Translations under genes and position numbers: made by a program
The notes under the pieces: model-generated
What the model was told of the DNA's origin: nothing
Databases searched by the model: none
What the model saw: only the letters and a program-made list of their open reading frames with translations
Shown here: positions 57,528 through 64,000 of the stretch, piece by piece
Layout: each line of letters begins with the position of its first letter
Numbering within the stretch: position 1 is the stretch's first letter
Assembly (NCBI RefSeq): GCF_900182835.1
Contig: NZ_FXUB01000001.1
Span: 557,954-621,953 of the forward strand
Length of the DNA: 64,000 nt
Reading direction: 5' to 3'
Source: Desulfurobacterium pacificum
GTDB lineage: Bacteria; Aquificota; Aquificia; Desulfurobacteriales; Desulfurobacteriaceae

Positions 57528-58471
57528 GTAAACATTTTACTAATAGATTCCCCGTAATGAATCCTCCTTATAGCTTCAGCCAACATCACAGAAACGCTCA
57601 GAACTTTCACTCCATCAAACTCTTCCCTTAGAGGAATTGTATCCGTAATCACAACCTCCTTCACAATTCCCTCATTAACAACACCAGAAAGCCTCTCAAT
57701 AGCTGGACCAGAAAATACTGGATGAGTACAAGCTATATAAACCTCCGCAGCCCCCTTTTCTTTAATAGCCCTTGAAGCGTTAACTATCGTTCCTGCTGTA
57801 TCTATAATGTCGTCAACGATAATTGCCTTCTTTCCTTCTACTTCACCTATAATATTCATTACTTCAGAAACGTTAGGTTTTGGACGTCTCTTATCTATTA
57901 TGGCTATAGGAGAGCCTAATACTTTTGCAAAATTTCTTGCTCTTGCAACCCCGCCAATATCAGGAGAAACAACTACCGTATCCTCTCCTCCCATTCCTTT
58001 GGAAAGGAAATAATCTAAAAGTACAGGTCTCGCCTCTAAATGGTCAACAGGAATATCAAAAAATCCTTCAACCTGCTTCGCATGAAGGTCTATAACAACA
58101 ACATGATTTATGCCTGCTGCCGTCATTATATCTGCCAAAAGCTTAGCACTTATAGGGTCTCTCGGATTAACCTTCCTATCCTGCCTTCCATAAGCAAAAT
58201 AAGGAACAACCGCAGTAATTCTACCTGCAGAAGCTCTTTTTAAAGCATCTGCAATAATAAGCATCTCCATAATATGGTCATTAGCTGGTCTTGAAAGAGA
58301 CTGTATAACAAATACGTCACAATCTCTAACGCTTTCATTAATTACTACCTGTATTTCCCCGTCACTAAATCTTCCCACAGTAACGTCAGCTAAAGGAATT
58401 CCCAAATTTCCTGCAACAGCTTTAGCTAAATCAACGTTAGAAGTTCCAGTAATTATCTTAACCTGCTTCAT
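57524..58471 (-). CDS. prs: Ribose-phosphate pyrophosphokinase.
   Basis: PRPP synthetase motifs (DLHA, VVSPDIGGV). Confidence 0.9.
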   Translation of the reverse strand: MKQVKIITGTSNVDLAKAVAGNLGIPLADVTVGRFSDGEIQVVINESVRDCDVFVIQSLSRPANDHIMEMLIIADALKRASAGRITAVVPYFAYGRQDRKVNPRDPISAKLLADIMTAAGINHVVVIDLHAKQVEGFFDIPVDHLEARPVLLDYFLSKGMGGEDTVVVSPDIGGVARARNFAKVLGSPIAIIDKRRPKPNVSEVMNIIGEVEGKKAIIVDDIIDTAGTIVNASRAIKEKGAAEVYIACTHPVFSGPAIERLSGVVNEGIVKEVVITDTIPLREEFDGVKVLSVSVMLAEAIRRIHYGESISKMFT

Positions 58472-59120
58472 AGCTTAACCTCCTCTTAAATTCCAAAACG
58501 TTTTCCTTTATGTTACCTTTGAAAATGGCAGAACCTGCAACTATTATATCAGCTCCCGCTTGTACCACTTCATTTACGTTATCCGCCTTCACTCCACCAT
58601 CCACTTCTATAAGCGTTGATAACTTTTCCTTTTCTATTAGCTCTTTAAGTTTTTTGATTTTCTTTAAAGAAGAGTTAATAAACTTCTGTCCTCCAAAACC
58701 CGGATTAACAGACATAACCAAAACGAAATCAACGTATTCCAAAATATTTTCAAGGAAAAATACAGGAGTAGAAGGATTTATAACTATCCCAGCTTTGGCT
58801 CCAGCCTTTTTAATTTCCTCAATAATTCTATGATGATGCACGGCTGCTTCAAAGTGAAAAGATACAAGGTTAGCACCAGCTTTAACGAAATCCACCACAT
58901 ACTTCTCAGGTTCCACAATCATTAAATGCACATCTATAGGCATTTCAGTAATTTTCCTGATTGACTCAACAACAGGAATACCAACAGTTATGTTTGGAAC
59001 AAATCTACCATCCATAACGTCCACATGAAGAATATCCGCTCCAGCAGACTCAACAATACTAATCTGTTCTCCAAGACGAGAAAAATCGGCAGATAATATA
59101 GAAGGAGCCAAAAGTGGCAT
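58458..59120 (-). CDS. rpe: Ribulose-phosphate 3-epimerase.
   Basis: PSILSADF, HVDVMDG and VNPGFGGQ motifs. Confidence 0.9.
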   Translation of the reverse strand: MPLLAPSILSADFSRLGEQISIVESAGADILHVDVMDGRFVPNITVGIPVVESIRKITEMPIDVHLMIVEPEKYVVDFVKAGANLVSFHFEAAVHHHRIIEEIKKAGAKAGIVINPSTPVFFLENILEYVDFVLVMSVNPGFGGQKFINSSLKKIKKLKELIEKEKLSTLIEVDGGVKADNVNEVVQAGADIIVAGSAIFKGNIKENVLEFKRRLSYEAG

Positions 59121-59259
59121 AGTACATCTCCCTTAAATTCGTTCGCCCGAATTTTAGCAAAACCCCTGCGTACAATTTGAAAAAAACACTAATAAAACTA
59201 TTTTCAACAATAAACAAAGAAACAGGAGTTAGATAAAAAAGTTTTGGAGGAACAGCAGT

Positions 59260-59775
59260 ATGATTAAGGAATTCAAAGAATTTACTCCTAAAATAGGTAA
59301 AAGAGTGTTTATAGCGGAAAATGCTACAGTAATAGGAAACGTTGAAATAGGTGATGACAGTAGCATCTGGTTTGGGACAATACTCAGAGGAGACGTCAAC
59401 TTCATCAAAGTAGGAAAATGCACTTCCATACAAGACGGTTCAGTTGTTCATGTTACAAATAAAACCCATCCAACAGTTATTGGTAACTACGTTACTATAG
59501 GACATGCAGTTAAACTTCATGGATGCACAATAAAAGACAACTGTCTTATAGGCATTGGTGCAATCATTTTAGACGGTGCCATAGTAAACGAAAATTCAAT
59601 CGTTGCCGCAGGAACTCTTATCCCTCCAAATAAGGAATTTCCACCTGGTGTTTTGATAATGGGATTCCCCGGTAAAGTAGTTAGAGAACTTACAGAAGAA
59701 GAAATTAAAAGCCTACACGAACATGCTTTAAGATATGTAAAATACAAAGATGAATACCTTAATATGGGAGTTTAA
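59260..59775 (+). CDS. Gamma-class carbonic anhydrase / hexapeptide-repeat protein (YrdA/PaaY-like).
   Basis: Left-handed beta-helix hexapeptide repeats and the His ligand pattern. Confidence 0.75.
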   Translation: MIKEFKEFTPKIGKRVFIAENATVIGNVEIGDDSSIWFGTILRGDVNFIKVGKCTSIQDGSVVHVTNKTHPTVIGNYVTIGHAVKLHGCTIKDNCLIGIGAIILDGAIVNENSIVAAGTLIPPNKEFPPGVLIMGFPGKVVRELTEEEIKSLHEHALRYVKYKDEYLNMGV

Positions 59776-60801
59776 ATGCTTACAGAAAGAGAAAGAGATA
59801 TTCTGTTAAAAGTAACAGAACTATACATAAGGACAGGAGAACCTGTAGGGTCAAGAACTGTCCAAAAAGTCTTTAATATGAAAATAAGCCCCGCAACTAT
59901 AAGAAACGTTATGGCTGACTTGGAAGAAAAAGGATTTTTATATCAACCACACACATCAGCTGGAAGGATACCAACAGACAAGGGGTTAAAAGTTTATATC
60001 ACCCATCAATTCTTTAAATTAGGAGAAGAAGATAAAAATTTAGTAAATCAACTTTTAAACTATTTATCTCAAACTCACACAACAAGAACAGAAGATATCT
60101 TAGTGAAATTACTTGATTTCTTACAGAATTCCACGGGCTACTTAGGAATAGGAGCAAGTTTTTTAGAAAAATTAACAGTGAAAGAGATAAATCTTATAAA
60201 AATTTCTAAAGATAAAGCGTTGCTCATAATAGCTTTCTATCCTGATTATATCGTTCATAAAGTAATTAACCTATCCATTCCAGAAGGAGAAATTGCTAAG
60301 ATATCGAAAGAACTTTCTGTTAAGTTTAAAAACAAGCCTATATCAAAAATAAAAAAAGAACTAGTAGAAGAGCTAAATAGTATCCGCGAAGAATTTGCTA
60401 AATTATCCTTTAAACTCAACTCTCAAATACTTTCCGCTCTTAATGGCATAAATAAAGTAGAACTCTACGGAACATCAAACATAGTTAACATTTTGGCTGA
60501 TGATATAGAAAGGCTGAAAAACATACTTGAAATTCTTGAAGAGAAAAATCTATTGTTAGATATTCTTACAAGCTTTTTAGAAGAAGATAAGGAAACAAAC
60601 GTTATTTTAGGTTCAGAAACAAAGTACGAAGCTTTAGAACCTTTCGGTATAGTCGTAAGTAGATTCCAAATTGGAGACAAAAACGGCGGAGTAATAGGCA
60701 TCATAGGACCCAAAAGAATGGATTACTCTAAAATAATCCCTACAGTAGAAAACGTAGCAAAAGCTTTTACCATAATGCTTAACAAACAGCTCAAAAAATA
60801 A
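59776..60801 (+). CDS. hrcA: Heat-inducible transcription repressor HrcA.
   Basis: MLTERERDILLKVTELYIRTGEPVGSRTV winged-helix N-terminus. Confidence 0.85.
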   Translation: MLTERERDILLKVTELYIRTGEPVGSRTVQKVFNMKISPATIRNVMADLEEKGFLYQPHTSAGRIPTDKGLKVYITHQFFKLGEEDKNLVNQLLNYLSQTHTTRTEDILVKLLDFLQNSTGYLGIGASFLEKLTVKEINLIKISKDKALLIIAFYPDYIVHKVINLSIPEGEIAKISKELSVKFKNKPISKIKKELVEELNSIREEFAKLSFKLNSQILSALNGINKVELYGTSNIVNILADDIERLKNILEILEEKNLLLDILTSFLEEDKETNVILGSETKYEALEPFGIVVSRFQIGDKNGGVIGIIGPKRMDYSKIIPTVENVAKAFTIMLNKQLKK

Positions 60802-60803
60802 AA

Positions 60804-60894
60804 CCGGAGCCTTACCACACACGCCCTTCAGGCTTACCGTTGCTCCCTTCCGGGCCTGGCGGGGTTCACCTTCCGGGCGTTGTGGAGACCCCGG
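60804..60894 (-). ncRNA. ffs: Signal recognition particle RNA (4.5S / ffs-like).
   Basis: The reverse strand forms a hairpin (CCGGGG...CUCCGG ends) containing CAGGCCCGGAAGGGAGCAACGG, which matches the conserved domain IV motif CAGGUCCGGAAGGAAGCAGCC. The ends are approximate. Confidence 0.6.
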
Positions 60895-60915
60895 CAATAT
60901 TATTCAATATTTAAA

Positions 60916-61010
60916 TGGCGGAGGGGGCGGGATTCGAACCCGCGGTACCCCTTGTGGGGGTACACACGATTTCCAGTCGTGCCCCTTCAGCCAGGCTCGG
61001 GCACCCCTCC
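60916..61010 (-). tRNA. tRNA-Ser (anticodon GGA).
   Basis: Reverse complement GGAGGGGTGCCCGAGCCTGGCTGAAGGGGCACGACTGGAAATCGTG...GGTTCGAATCCCGCCCCCTCCGCCA. Confidence 0.8.
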
Positions 61011-61044
61011 GTGCACAAGGCAAATATAGTACCGACAAAAGCAG

Positions 61045-61073
61045 TTGACAAGTCAGTTTTACTTTTGTAAATT
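61045..61073 (+). promoter_or_regulatory. Putative sigma70-type promoter for rplM-rpsI.
   Basis: TTGACA (61045-61050), a 17-nt spacer, then TAAATT (61068-61073), about 65 nt upstream of the rplM ATG. Confidence 0.4.
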
Positions 61074-61137
61074 TCCGCCTGCCCGCTACATTTTCGGCGT
61101 TTCATAAAAAACGCCCTTAAAATTCGGAGGAGCAGAA

Positions 61138-61566
61138 ATGAAAACCTTTATGCAAAGAAAAGAAGATGTGCAGAGAGAGTGGTACATCGTAGATGCAACA
61201 GGTAAAACTCTTGGAAGGTTAGCAACGGAGATAGCTAAGGTACTTATGGGGAAACATAAACCCACATACACCCCTCACGTAGATGGAGGAGACTTCGTAG
61301 TAGTAGTCAACGCAGAAAAAGTATTTGTCACAGGAAAGAAACTCACTGACAAAATCTACTACAAACATACAGGTTACATGGGGCATTTGAAAGAAACAAC
61401 CCTTAAGGAAATGCTTGAAAAGAAACCAGAAGAAGTAATAAGGCTAGCCGTAAGGGGTATGCTTCCAAAGAATAAGTTGAGAGACAGAAGAATGAAAAGA
61501 CTTAAAGTCTATGCAGGTCCTGAACATCCTCACAAAGCACAAAACCCTAAACCCCTTGAAGTTTAA
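61138..61566 (+). CDS. rplM: 50S ribosomal protein L13.
   Basis: [30 protein letters not shown]. Confidence 0.9.
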   Translation: MKTFMQRKEDVQREWYIVDATGKTLGRLATEIAKVLMGKHKPTYTPHVDGGDFVVVVNAEKVFVTGKKLTDKIYYKHTGYMGHLKETTLKEMLEKKPEEVIRLAVRGMLPKNKLRDRRMKRLKVYAGPEHPHKAQNPKPLEV

Positions 61567-61577
61567 CGGAGGCAATA

Positions 61578-61988
61578 ATGGCAGAAATCAGATACTATGG
61601 AACAGGAAAAAGAAAAACTGCTATAGCAAGAGTTTGGCTTATACCTAATGGTCAAGGAAATATCACAATTAAGATATCAAAAAATAAGACTATATCCGCA
61701 CCAGAATATTTCGGTAGGCTCGCACTGCTCAAAATTATGGAACAACCATTCAATATAACTGGAACTAACGGTAGATTTGACGTCCTATGTACAGTTAAAG
61801 GTGGAGGAAAATCCGCCCAAGCCGACGCCATCAAATACGGCATCGCAAAAGCCCTTTTAGCCTTCAATCCCGAACTCAGACCAACACTCAAAAAAGCAGG
61901 ATTCCTCACAAGAGATGCAAGAATCAAAGAAAGGAAGAAATACGGTCAAAGAGGCGCTCGTGCAAGATACCAGTGGTCCAAGCGTTAA
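61578..61988 (+). CDS. rpsI: 30S ribosomal protein S9.
   Basis: ...[11 protein letters not shown]...YQWSKR C-terminus. Confidence 0.9.
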   Translation: MAEIRYYGTGKRKTAIARVWLIPNGQGNITIKISKNKTISAPEYFGRLALLKIMEQPFNITGTNGRFDVLCTVKGGGKSAQADAIKYGIAKALLAFNPELRPTLKKAGFLTRDARIKERKKYGQRGARARYQWSKR

Positions 61989-63003
61989 AGCAGCAATTAT
62001 TGGTGCTTCTGGATATACGGGGGCGGAACTTCTCCGCCTCTTACTTTCCCATCCCTTCATAGAAGTTACCATCATAACTTCCAGGCAGTACGAAAATCAA
62101 CCATTAACTTCTGTATTTCCTTACTTCTTAAACAGCAAATACCAGCACTTAGTATTTCAAAGTCTGAACTTGGAAAAAATAGCTTCAGTAGATTTAGTAT
62201 TCTGTTGCCTGCCTCATAAAACATCCTTCCCAATAATAAAAGACCTCTTAACTACTAACCCAACTCTAAAAATCGTTGACTTTAGCGCCGATTTTAGATT
62301 CAAAAACCCAGCAATCTACGAACAAACTTATAACGTTCAGCACACTGCAAAAGAGCTTTTTGAAAAATCCACCTACGGCCTCCCAGAAATCTACAGAAAC
62401 GAAATTAAAAACAGCACGTTAATAGCAAATCCCGGCTGCTATCCCACCAGCGTAATATTAGCTCTCTACCCGGCTAAAAAGCACAACTTGATTGACGAGA
62501 AATTTCCTGTAATAGCCGATTCCAAATCAGGAGTAACCGGCGCAGGCAGAAAAGCAACTGTTGACTTCACTTTTTGTGAAATAAATGAAACGTTCAAAGC
62601 CTATGCAGTAGAAGGGCACCGCCACGCTCCAGAAATAGAAGAGAAACTCAACCTGAAGGTAAGGTTTACCCCTCATTTAGTTCCCATGAACAGAGGTATT
62701 TTATCCACCGTTTACTTCAAAACAAACGCCACGAAAGACGAACTTATTCAAACCTACGAAGAAACCTACAGAAACGAACCATTTGTGAGAATCAGGAAAA
62801 ATCCCCCCACCACCTCCGACGTCAAAGGCACAAACTTCTGCGACATCTACATAACCAAAGACGAAAAAACAGGCTTGGGAATTGCAATATCAGCCATAGA
62901 CAACATAGGCAAGGGAGCATCCGGTCAGGCAATCCAAAACGCTAACCTTCTCTTCAACTTCCCCGAAACAACAGGACTTGAACAATTTTCCTGGTGGATT
63001 TAA
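61915..63003 (+). CDS. argC: N-acetyl-gamma-glutamyl-phosphate reductase.
   Basis: [19 protein letters not shown] plus an active-site Cys region (NPGCYPTS). The ATG at 61915 overlaps rpsI by 74 nt, so the real start may be the in-frame GTG at 61960. Confidence 0.85.
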   Translation: MQESKKGRNTVKEALVQDTSGPSVKAAIIGASGYTGAELLRLLLSHPFIEVTIITSRQYENQPLTSVFPYFLNSKYQHLVFQSLNLEKIASVDLVFCCLPHKTSFPIIKDLLTTNPTLKIVDFSADFRFKNPAIYEQTYNVQHTAKELFEKSTYGLPEIYRNEIKNSTLIANPGCYPTSVILALYPAKKHNLIDEKFPVIADSKSGVTGAGRKATVDFTFCEINETFKAYAVEGHRHAPEIEEKLNLKVRFTPHLVPMNRGILSTVYFKTNATKDELIQTYEETYRNEPFVRIRKNPPTTSDVKGTNFCDIYITKDEKTGLGIAISAIDNIGKGASGQAIQNANLLFNFPETTGLEQFSWWI

Positions 63004-63104
63004 AATTTCCCCTAATACCAGAAAGGGGAAACAATTGAAAAACAAAAAAATTAGAGGGAAAAATCCCCCCACGCTACGGACAGGAAAAAATCCTTGAAGT
63101 CCTC

Positions 63105-64000
63105 ATGAAATTCCGCGCCCCACTCATTATAGCCCTTATAACCATAATGATTTCAACCGTTGGCTATATGATAATCTCCGGCGTTGACCTGCTCAGAGCT
63201 TTCTACATGACAATACTAACCGTTACCACCATCGGCTACGGCGAAATGTGGAACATGGACGCAAAGGCACGCATATTTAATTTGGCAGTAATGACCTTTG
63301 GCGTCGGCAGCGTAATGGGCTACTCAATAGCCGTTCTCATCAACATCGTTACATCAGGTGAAGTAAAAACCATAATGAGGTTCAGGAAAATGGTAAGCGA
63401 CATATCTGCCCTTAAAGGTCACTATATCGTTTTTGGAATGAACGACTACGTTGTTCACCTAATAAAAGAGATGAAATACTACGGCATACCTGTGGTAGTA
63501 ATAGATGAATCGGAAAAGTTAGAAGAGTTCGCTAAGGAACACGAAATACGCTATTACCTTCAACTGAACCCGACAGAAGAAAACACTCTATATCTTGCAA
63601 ACGTTGAAGCTGCCGTAGGTGCAATAGTTGCCACATCTGATGACTACAAAAACTTAGCTATAACCCTCACAATAAAAAACGTAACAACCAAAAACAACAT
63701 CTATCCCTTCTTCATCTTAGCACTGGTAAAAGATGACAAATTCAAAGAAAAACTCAAATTAGTAGGTGCTGATTACGTAGAAACAATCCCCTCAATAATC
63801 TCCAAAAGAGTTGTCATATTAGCAAGGAAACCACCAATTTTCGGTGAAAAATCCCTCCTTGAAGAAATCCTGTTCGGTGAACACACTTTCATAGACATAG
63901 AAGAATTAGTTGTTCAACCAGACTCTCCCATAATCGGTAAAACCCTGAAAGAACTTGACCTCAGAAAGCGTTTCGGAATAACCGTAATTGCAGTGAAAAA
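63105..64000 (+). CDS. Second MthK-like potassium channel with RCK domain. It is partial: the 3' end lies beyond the window.
   Basis: TIGYGE selectivity filter between two TM helices, then a TrkA-N-like domain (IVFGMNDYVVHLI). The ORF track omits it because it is truncated. Confidence 0.75.
   Translation, partial: MKFRAPLIIALITIMISTVGYMIISGVDLLRAFYMTILTVTTIGYGEMWNMDAKARIFNLAVMTFGVGSVMGYSIAVLINIVTSGEVKTIMRFRKMVSDISALKGHYIVFGMNDYVVHLIKEMKYYGIPVVVIDESEKLEEFAKEHEIRYYLQLNPTEENTLYLANVEAAVGAIVATSDDYKNLAITLTIKNVTTKNNIYPFFILALVKDDKFKEKLKLVGADYVETIPSIISKRVVILARKPPIFGEKSLLEEILFGEHTFIDIEELVVQPDSPIIGKTLKELDLRKRFGITVIAVK

Noticed and set aside
59121-59259. CIRCE operator (TTAGCACTC-N9-GAGTGCTAA) for HrcA in this window.
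   Set aside because: Only a partial TTAGCACTGG lies inside the second K+ channel gene, at about 63716, with no inverted partner. No CIRCE is seen upstream of hrcA or of any gene here, and groESL/dnaK lie outside the window.

Overview
This 64 kb window is a gene-dense, thermophile-type bacterial chromosome segment that looks Aquificota-like, though that assignment is inference from motA plus two tandem motB paralogs, a RusA-family resolvase, K/E/I-rich proteins and about 40-43% GC. Most of it is housekeeping: tgt, an M24 peptidase, hslVU, glcD-like, motA-motB-motB, proC, ispD, carD, pyrC/pyrB, hisD/hisC, rlmN, folK, mutS, prs, rpe, hrcA, rplM-rpsI and argC. There are six tRNAs (Leu-CAA, Ser-GCT, Lys-TTT, Ser-TGA, Leu-GAG, Ser-GGA) and a 4.5S/SRP RNA. 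The main finding is a nine-gene minus-strand operon at about 41.0-53.3 kb that encodes a complete Pel-type exopolysaccharide machine. It runs PelC lipoprotein, PelD c-di-GMP-receptor-like, PelE, PelF (GT4), PelG (12 TM), PelA-like hydrolase/deacetylase, a TM-TPR protein, then a PelB-like protein with SPOR, TPR and beta-barrel regions. A convergent PelX-like SDR epimerase sits at its 3' end, and the gene order is permuted relative to the canonical pelABCDEFG. Other items worth a second look are a 1158-aa TAT-signal polyferredoxin fused to a molybdopterin catalytic subunit (divergent from a rubredoxin), a triheme c-type cytochrome inserted between pyrC and pyrB, an operon of KaiC-like ATPase, small ORF and degenerate GGDEF-EAL protein, an extended RusA-like resolvase, two MthK-like K+ channels, an orphan MntA-like nucleotidyltransferase, and a spherulin-4/GH114-like lipoprotein. 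All annotations rest on reading the ORF translations for motifs, because no database searches could be run.
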